DNA of 32,000 nucleotides, from positions 150,001 to 182,000 of the forward strand of contig JAWBCC010000001.1 in assembly GCA_038823825.1 (NCBI GenBank), given 5' to 3'. Shown piece after piece: positions 18,059 to 27,171 of the stretch (its first letter is position 1; each line of letters begins with the position of its first letter). Source of the stretch: Candidatus Hadarchaeales archaeon (GTDB lineage: Archaea; Hadarchaeota; Hadarchaeia; Hadarchaeales; Hadarchaeaceae). Below the pieces are notes generated by a model, which worked only from the letters and a program-made list of their open reading frames with translations, was not told the DNA's origin and made no database searches. A program made the position numbers and the translations under genes.

Positions 18059-18916
18059 CTACTCGAAAATTATCGTTTTATTTTCGTAGACCAAGAGTCT
18101 TCTCTCGCAGTAGAGACGAACGGATTCGCTGAGAATCGTTTTTTCAAGATCTTCGCTCCTTCTCATAATGTCCGCCAGGCTGTCCTTATGAGAAATCCGG
18201 ACGACGTCTTGATAGATAATGGGTCCTTCGTCTATCTCCTCTGTGACGAAGTGAACGGTTGCGCCGATGAGTTTCACACCTCTCCTGTACGCTTGTGTGA
18301 ACGGGTCTTTTCCTGGAAAGGCTGGAAGGAAGGAAGGATGAACACTTATCACTCTGTTTCTGAATTGATTGACGAAATATGACGATAAAATCTTCCCATA
18401 ACGGGCTAAGACGACAAGCTCGACTTTTTCCTTCCTTAGCAGCTCCACTTGCTTTCTCTCACCTTCCTCTCTCCTTGCTGGGTCCACTGGGATGTGATAA
18501 AATGGAACACCGAACATTTTGGCCACATCGCTGGCATCCGTTTTGTCACCTATGATCAAAGGAATCTCACAGCGTAATCTACCCTCCCTCCACTTAGCCA
18601 AGAGGTCGTAAAGGCAATGGAGAAGCCTGGAGACCATGATTGCGATTCTCGGTTTCTCCGAGCTGAAGTGGATTTCCCAATCCGCCTTCAAGTCAGAAGC
18701 AAGCGGCTGAAAAGCCTCTCTAAGTCGCACTTTAGGGATTTTGAAATCTTCGAGCGTCCACTCAACCCTGGCGAAGTATCTTTTGAATTCTTCGTCGACA
18801 TGCTGGTCGAAATGAATGATGTTTCCATCGTTCTGCCATATGAAGTTAGATATTCTTGCGTCTATTCCCCGAGCGTCCGGGCACGACAGAAGGAGAATCG
18901 CCGTTTCCATCCTCAT
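18059..18916 (-). CDS. purU: Formyltetrahydrofolate deformylase
   Basis: N-terminal ACT-like region SCPDARGIDARISNFIWQNDGNIIHFDQHVD, then IAIMVSRLLHCLYDLLAKWREGRLRCEIPLIIGD, FYHIPVDP, LVVLARYGKILS, VISVHPSFLPAFPGKDPFTQAYRRGVKLIGATVHFVTEEIDEGPIIYQDVVRISH. Confidence 0.92.
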   Translation of the reverse strand: MRMETAILLLSCPDARGIDARISNFIWQNDGNIIHFDQHVDEEFKRYFARVEWTLEDFKIPKVRLREAFQPLASDLKADWEIHFSSEKPRIAIMVSRLLHCLYDLLAKWREGRLRCEIPLIIGDKTDASDVAKMFGVPFYHIPVDPARREEGERKQVELLRKEKVELVVLARYGKILSSYFVNQFRNRVISVHPSFLPAFPGKDPFTQAYRRGVKLIGATVHFVTEEIDEGPIIYQDVVRISHKDSLADIMRRSEDLEKTILSESVRLYCERRLLVYENKTIIFE

Positions 18917-19003
18917 AAGCTCTCTTTCCCAGTTTTTATTACTTGTTTAGAAATCTCCCAATTGTTTTATTTCTTTGTTTGAGAAAAATAAGGAGGTGAA
19001 TCG

Positions 19004-20542
19004 TTGTCAGAGGCTGAAAAATACGCGAAGTACATGGTCCGCGGAAGCATCACAATCTTCCTATCCTTTGTTCTATCCGGTCTAGCCGCTCTGCTGATCA
19101 GGATAGTCCTGGCCAGAAATCTAACCCCAGAAGAGTATGGAATGGTCTATGCTGCATTTTATTTCGTGAGCTTTTTTGGTTTCTTCAGGGAGCTGGGTCT
19201 GACGGCATCTCTTACGAAATATATCCCCGAGTTTCTGACAAAAAAGGATTATTCATCGATACGTGCATCCATAAAATTCGTTCTGCTTCTTCAAGTGGCC
19301 ATAGTTGGTGCGGTTTCAACAGTTTTATTCTTTCTCTCACCATACATTGCCTCAGGCTTTATCGGACAACCGGGAGCCACCCAAATTCTCCGATATTTCA
19401 CGATATGGCTTTTTCTCTCCATCTTTTATTCAACTTTGCTCAGCATTTTTCAAGGCTTCCGCGATATAGCTGCGCACGGTTTACTGACGGCTGGTTTTGA
19501 AATATCAATTTTGGTTTTTCTGGTTCCCCTCCTATTTCTTTTCAATTTGGGGGCAAACGGCGCCGCTTTAGCCTATCTTTTCGGTACTCTAGTTCTCTCC
19601 GTTATATTCCTTTTTTACCTTAGACTTAAGCACGGCGAAATATTCTCAGTTCCCTCGGCTCAGCTCAAAATCGTTGCACGTCCTCTTCTTCTCTTTTCGA
19701 TCCCGCTCGCGCTAGCGAGCATTTTCTCTATGCTCATGAGTTATATTGACACCTGGGCAGTCACCGCCTTCTGTGGCGTAGAAGAGGTTGGATACTATCA
19801 GGTTGCACAGCCGACAGCACGTCTGCTATACTATGTGGCCGGATCGATCGTTATCCCGCTTTTTCCCTTGATTTCGGAGCTCTGGGCAAAAAACGATAGG
19901 TCATTTTTGAGCGGCGTAGTTTCGTCCATATTGAGTTTTTCATTTCTATTAATGATGCCTTTTGTTTTGGTTTTCATAGCTTTTCCAGAGGTCGTCATTC
20001 GCATCCTTTTCGGAGAAGGATATGTCGCTGGTGCACCCGTTCTTCAAATCTTCGCAGTAACTGCCTTGATATCGCTTTTATACAAAATCTTCAGCACGAC
20101 AGCCGCGGGAATAGGAAAACCGAAGGCAATCTTGACCGTAGCGATCAGCATGGGTGTGGCGGCGATCGCTTTTAACATGACTTTGGTCCCTGTCTGGGGC
20201 ATGAAAGGCGCAGCCTTTTCTCAGCTTATCGCTCACATGGCTGGTTTTGTCGTATACGCTGCATATTTGCGCAGATTTATAAAATTCTCTCTTCCAGTCT
20301 CCCCCATGATAAAAACAATAACTGGAAGCGTTTTTACTCTTCTGATTGTCTGGAGTCTAAAATCGATTTTGATTCTTCCAGTCTTCATTGAGACAGCGAT
20401 CGTTGCGTTCGCAGGTCTGCTATTTTACCTCATCTGGATTATTGCGACAAAGGCCTTGACAAGAGATGACATCGCTCTTCTGGTGAGAGCATTCCCAATT
20501 CCGCGGAGACTTGTTACATGGGCTGCAAGATATTTCAAATAA
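19004..20542 (+). CDS. Polysaccharide/lipid-linked oligosaccharide flippase (Wzx, MATE/MVF-like, many TM helices)
   Basis: TTG start at 19004 preceded by an excellent Shine-Dalgarno AGGAGGTGA (18991-18999). KYMVRGSITIFLSFVLSGLAALLIRIVLARNLTPEEYGMVYAAFYFVSFFGFFRELGLTASLTKYIPEF and about 12-14 hydrophobic segments. Confidence 0.88.
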   Translation: MSEAEKYAKYMVRGSITIFLSFVLSGLAALLIRIVLARNLTPEEYGMVYAAFYFVSFFGFFRELGLTASLTKYIPEFLTKKDYSSIRASIKFVLLLQVAIVGAVSTVLFFLSPYIASGFIGQPGATQILRYFTIWLFLSIFYSTLLSIFQGFRDIAAHGLLTAGFEISILVFLVPLLFLFNLGANGAALAYLFGTLVLSVIFLFYLRLKHGEIFSVPSAQLKIVARPLLLFSIPLALASIFSMLMSYIDTWAVTAFCGVEEVGYYQVAQPTARLLYYVAGSIVIPLFPLISELWAKNDRSFLSGVVSSILSFSFLLMMPFVLVFIAFPEVVIRILFGEGYVAGAPVLQIFAVTALISLLYKIFSTTAAGIGKPKAILTVAISMGVAAIAFNMTLVPVWGMKGAAFSQLIAHMAGFVVYAAYLRRFIKFSLPVSPMIKTITGSVFTLLIVWSLKSILILPVFIETAIVAFAGLLFYLIWIIATKALTRDDIALLVRAFPIPRRLVTWAARYFK

Positions 20543-20545
20543 TCT

Positions 20546-21268
20546 TCAGAGAAAACCTCTTTTCATGAGTTCTTCCGCGATGATGAAGTCAAGCTCTGTG
20601 TTTATGTCAAAGGATTCCATTTCATCCATTACCAAAGCTAGGATCTCGTCCCCGGTCACGGATTTTTTCTCCCAAATGGTTTTCGGTCTTATCACGTCTA
20701 TGCAGGCGTTTTGTATGTAAACCTTGGGTAAAATCTGGTATGGTAAGCTGTGTCCATTTTTTGGTTTTTTATCAAGTGGTACGAACGATTTAAGTCTATT
20801 CCCCTCAATTACCCACATCTTGTAAGGATGTTCCTTACATAGCCTGACTGATCGAAGCGAATCCGCGTCTGGATTCTCAAGCATCATCTCTATCGCTTTA
20901 TCGATTGTTGAAGGTTTAAGAAAAGGCGAGGTGGGAAATAGCTTGACCACGAGGTCCGGGATGTACCCCTCATTGTCCCGCAACCAGTTAAGGGCATGCT
21001 CTATGGCGTAAAACTCGGGGGAATCCTCTTTTGCGAATTCTTTTGGACGGTAAAATGGAACCTCTGCTCCACACTCTCTGGCAACCTTGGCAATTTCCTC
21101 GTCATCGGTTGAAACGATTATTCTGTTTATATATTTGGATTTTCTCGCAGCCTGTATTACGTAGTAAATAAGGGGCTGTCCCGCGAGCGGTCTGATGTTC
21201 TTTCTCGGAACCCTTACGGAGCCACCTCTGGCAAGAATCAGTCCCAAAATCTTCATTTCCCGAGCCAT
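20546..21268 (-). CDS. neuA: Acylneuraminate/nonulosonate cytidylyltransferase (NeuA-like)
   Basis: MKILGLILARGGSVRVPRKNIRPLAGQPLIYYVIQAARKSKYINRIIVSTDDEEIAKVARECGAEVPFYRPKEFAKEDSPEFYAIEHALNWL; C-terminus FDINTELDFIIAEELMKRG. MKILG start would be at 21256. Confidence 0.88.
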   Translation of the reverse strand: MAREMKILGLILARGGSVRVPRKNIRPLAGQPLIYYVIQAARKSKYINRIIVSTDDEEIAKVARECGAEVPFYRPKEFAKEDSPEFYAIEHALNWLRDNEGYIPDLVVKLFPTSPFLKPSTIDKAIEMMLENPDADSLRSVRLCKEHPYKMWVIEGNRLKSFVPLDKKPKNGHSLPYQILPKVYIQNACIDVIRPKTIWEKKSVTGDEILALVMDEMESFDINTELDFIIAEELMKRGFL

Positions 21269-23151
21269 TTCTTCACCTTTTGTTTTATGCTCTCCGCATC
21301 AAGTCCAAAATAAGCCAAAATTTCTCCATTTTCTCCGGATTTCCCGTACCCTTCTATTCCTATTGTGTAGATTCTTCTGCCAAGTATTCTGTTTAGCTCT
21401 TCCGATATCCCACCTTTTGTAGAATGATTTTCTAAACAGATCACAGTTTCAAAGTCTTCCGTCTCTCTCAGGAGCCATTCTTCGTCAATTCTGTTCAGCC
21501 AAGGTAGGTCTATTATTTTGACTTTTATCTCATCTTTTTCCAACATTTGGCGGGCAATCAGAGCCTCGGAAAGCATGGTCGGACCATAACCTATCATAAC
21601 GGCATCTTTCCCATCCGCCAACTTTATTCCCTTGCCAAGTTCGAGTTTTTGTTCTTTCCATGGTATTTGCAACCTTGGAATGTTGTGCTCAAGCCTAAGG
21701 TAACTTGGCCCATCGTAATCGAAGACCAAAAACTCAAAGATTCTTCTCAACTCCTCTTTGCATGAAGGCGCGGAGAGTAGAAGATTTGGAATGTTTCGCA
21801 GGAGGGCTATATCTCTGATTCCTTGGTGAGATTTTCCCGGTTTTGCGGGGAGGATTCCGGCGAGATGACCGACATAGATTATCTTTGAACCCTCAGAGCA
21901 GTTATTGAAAATTTGTTCATTTGCTCTGGAGGTTAGAAATGCGGCATAGGTGTTTACAATTGGAAGCTTGCCGGCGAGAGCGAGTCCACCGGCTATCGAA
22001 ACCATGTCCTGTTCCGCGATTCCGACTTCCACAAACCTCTCGGGAAAGGTTATCTGGAATTCGCGCAGGCCGCAGGACTCCGCGAGATCTGCATCGAGCA
22101 CGATTAACTCTTTTTTCTTTCCTCCTACATCGACCAGAATTTGTGAGAAAGCTTCGACTAGAGACTCTCCGGGTTTTGGAGGTTTTTCTGCTAAATCTGG
22201 GCGGAAGACGGGGAAAGCTATGGGAATTTTATGTCTAGCCAACTTTTTCTTTATTCTCGTTGCAATTTCCCCCCAAGCTTTCCGATATTCTTCTCCGAAG
22301 GGGAGTTTATCGTGCCATTTGTAGAATCCCTTGCCGGACTTGAGAGCCACAGGATGTTCCATGAAAGAAACACCCTTTCCTTTTATCGTGTTGAGAATGA
22401 TGGCTTTCGGTTTACCCCTTATTTTCCTTATTTTTTTCAGAACTCTCAAGATTTTGCCAATATCATGCCCGTTTGTGACCTCAACATGCCATCCGAATGA
22501 TTTCAGTTTTTCTCTGATTGGGGAGATATCGACGACTCTTTCAACAGGCATGTCGGTTTGTACATAGTTTCTATCAATGAGCAGGTAAAGGTTATCGAGT
22601 TTCCAGTGACTCGCTGAGAGAACGGCCTCCCAATTTTGTCCCTCTTGGAGTTCGCCGTCTCCAACCAGAACATAAACGGACTTCTTAACCCCATCCAGCT
22701 TTGCGCTTAAAGCAAATCCCTTCGCTTTTGATATTCCCATTCCAAGCGAACCGGTGTTTGTTTCCACTCCGGGAGCAGATATCTCGGCATGTCCCTCCAG
22801 CCCATTTAACCTTCTAAAGGTTGCCAAACGTTCTGTTGGGAAAAAGCCACAGGATGCCAATGTTGAATAAAGCGCAGCCGCGGCATGTCCCTTGGAGAGA
22901 ATAAAAACATCTCGTTCGGCGTTTTTTGGATTGGTGGGGTCGATTTTCATTTCGGAGTGATATAAAACTGTCAAAATTTCTACGGCGCTGAAGGATGCTC
23001 CTATATGCCCGGATTTTGCGCAGATGATTGTGTTCAAAGCGTTTAATCTGATCATGTCTGCGATAACCGAAAGCTTCTCCTCAAGCTTCATCGTTCTGCA
23101 TTTTTTGACCTCGTCAAAGTCTGATTTCTCGAAAAAGATTTTCATCCTCAA
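21253..23151 (-). CDS. Full-length (fused) transketolase family enzyme
   Basis: SGHIGASFSAVEILTVLYH, DVFILSKGHAAAALYSTLASCGFFP, GSLGMGISKAKGFALSAKLDG, VLVGDGELQEGQNWEAVLSASHWKLDNLYLLIDRNYVQTD (TPP motif), then ERFVEVGIAEQDMVSIAGGLALAGKLPIVNTYAAFLTSRANEQI. Overlaps the ALDH stop (23148) in an ATGA arrangement. Confidence 0.9.
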   Translation of the reverse strand: MRMKIFFEKSDFDEVKKCRTMKLEEKLSVIADMIRLNALNTIICAKSGHIGASFSAVEILTVLYHSEMKIDPTNPKNAERDVFILSKGHAAAALYSTLASCGFFPTERLATFRRLNGLEGHAEISAPGVETNTGSLGMGISKAKGFALSAKLDGVKKSVYVLVGDGELQEGQNWEAVLSASHWKLDNLYLLIDRNYVQTDMPVERVVDISPIREKLKSFGWHVEVTNGHDIGKILRVLKKIRKIRGKPKAIILNTIKGKGVSFMEHPVALKSGKGFYKWHDKLPFGEEYRKAWGEIATRIKKKLARHKIPIAFPVFRPDLAEKPPKPGESLVEAFSQILVDVGGKKKELIVLDADLAESCGLREFQITFPERFVEVGIAEQDMVSIAGGLALAGKLPIVNTYAAFLTSRANEQIFNNCSEGSKIIYVGHLAGILPAKPGKSHQGIRDIALLRNIPNLLLSAPSCKEELRRIFEFLVFDYDGPSYLRLEHNIPRLQIPWKEQKLELGKGIKLADGKDAVMIGYGPTMLSEALIARQMLEKDEIKVKIIDLPWLNRIDEEWLLRETEDFETVICLENHSTKGGISEELNRILGRRIYTIGIEGYGKSGENGEILAYFGLDAESIKQKVKKWLGK

Positions 23152-24656
23152 TCCCTTTTGAACTGGACGTTCTGAACTCCTCCACTGTAGTCTATGTAAA
23201 TCGTCTTAAGCTCGGAGAAGGTTTCGATTGCGGCCCATCCCACCTCCCTGTGGCCACCCGAGTCTTTTACACCGCCGAAAGGTAGATGGACTTCGGAGCC
23301 AAAAGTCGGGGCGTTAACGTAGCAAACTCCAGCCTCCATTTTATCAAGGGCTTCCATAGCTCTGTTGACGTTTCTAGTGAAGATTGATGCAGAGAGACCG
23401 TAGTTTGTTGAGTTGTGGACTTTTATGGCTTCCTCGAAGGAGTCAACTTTCATCACAGCGAGAACCGGGCCGAAGATTTCCTCTCTGGCGATCCTCATCT
23501 CGGGCTTGACCTCGGTGAAAATGGTTGGCTCAAAGTATAATCCTCTTGAATAATCCCCCTCTGTCAACCTTCTTCCCCCGAGGATCAGTTTGGCTCCTTC
23601 TCTTTTTCCTATCTCCACGTATGTGATGATCTTGTTCAGTTGTCTCTCGCTTATCACTGGGCCTATCTCCGTAGTTTCATCTTCTGGATGTCCGACTTTC
23701 ATCTTTTTTGTTCGATCTACAAGTCTTTCGATAAATTCCTCGTAAATTTCTGCGTGGACGATTGCTCTGCTCGTTGCCGTACAACGCTGTCCAGAGACTG
23801 TGAAAGCACCGCGTGCAACCGCATCCACGGCTAGCTCCAAGTCACAATCCTCCATAACTATCGCAGCATTCTTTCCGCCGAGTTCGAGCGAGACCTTGGC
23901 GAGTCTCTCCCCGCAGATGGAAGCGATTTTTCTTCCAACTTCCGTTGATCCGGTGAAAGAGATGAGTCTGACTCTCTTGTTTCTAACGAGAGCCTCTCCA
24001 GCTTCTTCTCCAATTCCCTGTACCATATTGAAAACTCCTGGAGGAAGCTCAGATTCCGCAAAAACTTCCGCTATCTTCGTTGCCGCGAAAGGTGCCTCTT
24101 CCGATGGCTTTACGACAACAGTATTCCCACAGATTAGGGCGGGAAAAACTTTCCAACATATCAGATTAATCGGAAAATTCCAAGGGACGATGATGCCGCA
24201 GACTCCTATTGGAAATCTTCTGGTCATTGCCAGCCTTTTCGGGAGTTCGGAAAAAGTTGTTCTTCCATACAGGCGTCTTCCTTCGCCTGCCATAAAATCG
24301 CACATGTCTATGGCAGCTTTTATCTCGCCCAGGGCATCCCTCATCGTTTTGCCAACATCTTTTACGAGAGCTTTAGCCAGCTCCTCCTTCCTCTTTCTAA
24401 GAAGTTCGCTTATCTGTTGAAGCATTCTTCCCCTAATGGGGGGAGGTGTCTCTGACCATTCCCTGAAAGCCTTCTCGGCCGCCTCCACGGCTTTTTCAAC
24501 GTCTCGTTCATCAGACTTAGGAAAGAGACCGATCACTTCGTCCGTGTTTGCGGGATTTCTTCTCTCAAAGGTTCTGCCGGAAGTTGTCTCGACCCATTCT
24601 CCACCTATGAAGTTGCGGAAAACTTCGGGCATGTCACCACGCCGTGTAACCTCCAT
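23148..24656 (-). CDS. NAD(P)-dependent aldehyde dehydrogenase
   Basis: NFIGGEWVETTSGRTFERRNPANTDEVIG, GVCGIIVPWNFPINLICWKVFPALICGNTVVVKPSEEAP, RLISFTGSTEVGRKIA, VSLELGGKNAAIVMEDCDLE, FTVSGQRCTATSRAIVHAEIYEEF, YFEPTIFTEVKPEMRIAREEIFGPVLAV, HLPFGGVKDSGG. Alternative start at 24632. Confidence 0.93.
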   Translation of the reverse strand: MEVTRRGDMPEVFRNFIGGEWVETTSGRTFERRNPANTDEVIGLFPKSDERDVEKAVEAAEKAFREWSETPPPIRGRMLQQISELLRKRKEELAKALVKDVGKTMRDALGEIKAAIDMCDFMAGEGRRLYGRTTFSELPKRLAMTRRFPIGVCGIIVPWNFPINLICWKVFPALICGNTVVVKPSEEAPFAATKIAEVFAESELPPGVFNMVQGIGEEAGEALVRNKRVRLISFTGSTEVGRKIASICGERLAKVSLELGGKNAAIVMEDCDLELAVDAVARGAFTVSGQRCTATSRAIVHAEIYEEFIERLVDRTKKMKVGHPEDETTEIGPVISERQLNKIITYVEIGKREGAKLILGGRRLTEGDYSRGLYFEPTIFTEVKPEMRIAREEIFGPVLAVMKVDSFEEAIKVHNSTNYGLSASIFTRNVNRAMEALDKMEAGVCYVNAPTFGSEVHLPFGGVKDSGGHREVGWAAIETFSELKTIYIDYSGGVQNVQFKRD

Positions 24657-25455
24657 CTATTACGATGTTCGCTCCAGTCATGTACGAGGAGGCATCCGAA
24701 GCCAGAAAGAGTATTGCACCATTATATTCGTCTTTTCTTGCCATTCTTCCAAGCGGAACCTTTGCTGAATAATTTTTCACGAATTCGGGATCCTGATTGT
24801 TGAAAACACCACCAAAAATTAGACAGTTGACCCTGACATTCTTTTTGGCCCAATAAGTTGCAAGATACTTCGTCAGGTTGGAGACGGCTCCTTTGCTCAC
24901 GCAGTATGAAACCGGCTTTACAAAAGTTTGCCCGCTCTTCAGCTCGTATATGCGTTGATCGGGCGAAACTTCGCCGTAAATGGATGAGATGTTTATGATG
25001 CTCCCGCCCCCGCCCCCGGCCATCTTGCTTCCTATGATTTGTGTGCAGAGAATAGTTCCGATGACGTTCACGTCAAGAATCTTGCGAAGCAGATCCTCTG
25101 GGTAATTCTCAAATGTTAGAGTTTTTCCACCATATGTAGGTGGCACGTCTATTGCTGCGGCATTTACCAAGATTTTTGGAAAACCCCATTTTTTGACGAC
25201 GTCTTCGAGGGCACGCTCTATCGAGTCTCTGTCCGTCACATCAACCTTGTAGACGGCAATTCTCTCGCTTTTAAAAAGTTCTCGATATTCCTCAGGGACC
25301 TCGGTTTGAAGGTCAAAGACTGCGACCTTCGCCCCTGCGCCGTGGAGAGTTTTTACGAATTCTCTTCCGAGGAGTCCGGTGCCGCCCGTGACTATGGCAA
25401 CCCTGCCCTCGAGACCAAAAAGCTTGCTTAACATCTCTAAGTCTACTTCCGTCAT
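24634..25455 (-). CDS. Short-chain dehydrogenase/reductase (SDR)
   Basis: RVAIVTGGTGLLGREFVKTLHGAGAKVAVFD, VNAAAIDVPPTYGG, SIINISSIYGEVSPDQRIYELKSGQTFVKPVSYCVSKGAVSNLTKYLATYWAKKNVRVNCLIFGGV, FLASDASSYMTGANIVIDGGY. Confidence 0.92.
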   Translation of the reverse strand: MTEVDLEMLSKLFGLEGRVAIVTGGTGLLGREFVKTLHGAGAKVAVFDLQTEVPEEYRELFKSERIAVYKVDVTDRDSIERALEDVVKKWGFPKILVNAAAIDVPPTYGGKTLTFENYPEDLLRKILDVNVIGTILCTQIIGSKMAGGGGGSIINISSIYGEVSPDQRIYELKSGQTFVKPVSYCVSKGAVSNLTKYLATYWAKKNVRVNCLIFGGVFNNQDPEFVKNYSAKVPLGRMARKDEYNGAILFLASDASSYMTGANIVIDGGYTAW

Positions 25456-25556
25456 GCTTCAAAATTGATTTTTCGTGTAGATAAATAGAGTTTTCTGTTT
25501 GGGGAAAATTTTTCAAAAATCGTTTTTATTAGAAGAAGTCATCATAATTTGGAAAG

Positions 25557-26615
25557 ATGAAAGAGATAAGAGAGGTCAAGATAGGCAGCAGGTGGGTGGG
25601 CGACGACCATCCATGTTACATCGTCGCTGAAATCGGGAACAACCACAACGGTGAGCTCGAGATTGCTAAAAGACTGATCGAGGCTGCTTATGAGTGTGGG
25701 GCTGATGCCGTCAAATTCCAAAAGAGGGATATCGATTCTCTAATGACAAATGAACTCAAAAACATGCCTTATCTGAAATACGATTCTTTTGGGGCTACCT
25801 ATGGCGAACACAGACAAAAATTGGAGCTTCCTGAAGAAGATTGGTATAGGCTTTTCAACTTTGCCAAGAAGCTCGGAATTGATTTTTATGCAACGCCTTT
25901 TGATTTCAAAAGCGCCGATTTTCTTGAGAAACTGGGTGTCCCTTGCTTTAAGATAGCCTCCTTTGATGTCACAAATTTGCCATTGATCGATTACGTATGC
26001 AAGAAGGGAAAACCGGTTATCCTTTCTACCGGCATGTGCACATGGGAGGAGCTCGATGAGGCGGTCGAAGTCATACGGAGAAATGGAAACGATTTCATCC
26101 TCCTCCACTGTGTTTCGGCCTATCCGCACGACAACGAGATGTCAAATCTCCGGATGATTCAGAAGCTGAAAGAAAGATACAAAGTACCGGTCGGATATTC
26201 AGGGCACGAGAAATCAGGATTTGTCATTTCGCTTGGAGCCAGAATGATGGGTGCATGTATGATCGAAAGACACTTCACGCTCGATAGGACGATGAAAGGA
26301 CCTGACCATGCCGCATCTTTAGAGCCGAAAGGTCTAGCCGAACTGGTTAAAAACATCCGTAAGCTGGAGCAGGCCTTCGGAGACGGTGAGAAAAAGATTT
26401 TGGACATAGAGATGCCTCTGAGGCTTAAAATGACGAAAAGCATAGTAACGACGCGCTACATAAGGGCTGGAGAGGTCATAAGAAGGGAAGATCTCACCGT
26501 TAAATGTCCGGGAACGGGGCTCAAGCCGAAATATATTGACATGCTTGTTGGCAAAGTGGCTAAGAAGGATTTGCCCGAGGATACTATCGTTCCACTTGAG
26601 GCTCTCGAGTGGTAG
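25557..26615 (+). CDS. neuB: N-acetylneuraminate synthase family (NeuB-like PEP-condensing synthase) with C-terminal SAF domain
   Basis: CYIVAEIGNNHNGELEIAKRLIEAAYECGADAVKFQKRDID, SFGATYGEHRQKLELPEEDWYRLFNFAKKLGIDFYATPFD, VPVGYSGHE, ERHFTLDRTMKGPDHAASLEP, VTTRYIRAGEVIRREDLTVKCPGTGLKP. Confidence 0.92.
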   Translation: MKEIREVKIGSRWVGDDHPCYIVAEIGNNHNGELEIAKRLIEAAYECGADAVKFQKRDIDSLMTNELKNMPYLKYDSFGATYGEHRQKLELPEEDWYRLFNFAKKLGIDFYATPFDFKSADFLEKLGVPCFKIASFDVTNLPLIDYVCKKGKPVILSTGMCTWEELDEAVEVIRRNGNDFILLHCVSAYPHDNEMSNLRMIQKLKERYKVPVGYSGHEKSGFVISLGARMMGACMIERHFTLDRTMKGPDHAASLEPKGLAELVKNIRKLEQAFGDGEKKILDIEMPLRLKMTKSIVTTRYIRAGEVIRREDLTVKCPGTGLKPKYIDMLVGKVAKKDLPEDTIVPLEALEW

Positions 26616-27108
26616 ATTTCTTTGCCTCGTAAATCATATCACAGATTTCTCTTACGGCTCCTCTCCCACCTGGATTTTTTGTCACGTAGTCGGCCTCTCT
26701 CACTACTTCAGGCATGCTACCTTTTGGCGCAATCGACAATCCGGCAAACCTCATGCATTCGAGATCCGGGGTGTCGTTTCCGACGAAGCAAGCTTCCTGC
26801 GGAAGAACTTTCTCTCTTTCCAAGATTTTCTTGAAGGCATTTAGTTTGTTTTTCTCACCCGTCACGCATTCCAATCCTAGTTTTGCGCATCTCTTTTCGA
26901 CAATCGGATTTATCTCCGAGCTTATTACAACGGTTTTGACGCCGATCTCTTTCAGTTTTTGCAATCCAATTCCGTCTGATCTCCAACAGCAGACCATCTC
27001 TCTTCCGTCTTGATCGACGTAAACCTTGTTGTCTGTGAAAACTCCGTCGAAATCGAAGGCTACCAGCTTTATCCTCTTCAGTTTTTCTCTGCTAGGTTTC
27101 TTCATCAA
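26584..27108 (-). CDS. KdsC/NeuNAc-9-phosphate-phosphatase-like HAD phosphatase
   Basis: KLVAFDFDGVFTDNKVYVDQDGREMVCCWRSDGIGLQKLKEIGVKTVVISSEINPIVEKRCAKLGLECVTGEKNKLNAFKKIL, CFVGNDTPDLECMRFAGLSIAPKGSMPEVVREADYVTKNPGGRGAVREICDMI. 3' end overlaps neuB by 32 nt, convergent. Confidence 0.88.
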   Translation of the reverse strand: MMKKPSREKLKRIKLVAFDFDGVFTDNKVYVDQDGREMVCCWRSDGIGLQKLKEIGVKTVVISSEINPIVEKRCAKLGLECVTGEKNKLNAFKKILEREKVLPQEACFVGNDTPDLECMRFAGLSIAPKGSMPEVVREADYVTKNPGGRGAVREICDMIYEAKKSTTREPQVER

Positions 27109-27171
27109 AAGAACTTGATAACCTCATGCTTTTAAGAATCGTTAATAAAATCGAACCTCCTAATTTAATGG

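Noticed and set aside
21921-22324. Overlapping plus-strand ORFs (105 and 124 aa) within the transketolase
   Set aside because: Both oppose conserved TPP-enzyme motifs on the minus strand; mutually overlapping in different frames, as expected of shadows.
23800-24420. 206-aa plus-strand ORF opposite the aldehyde dehydrogenase
   Set aside because: Ser/Pro/Ala-rich shadow of the conserved ALDH coding strand.
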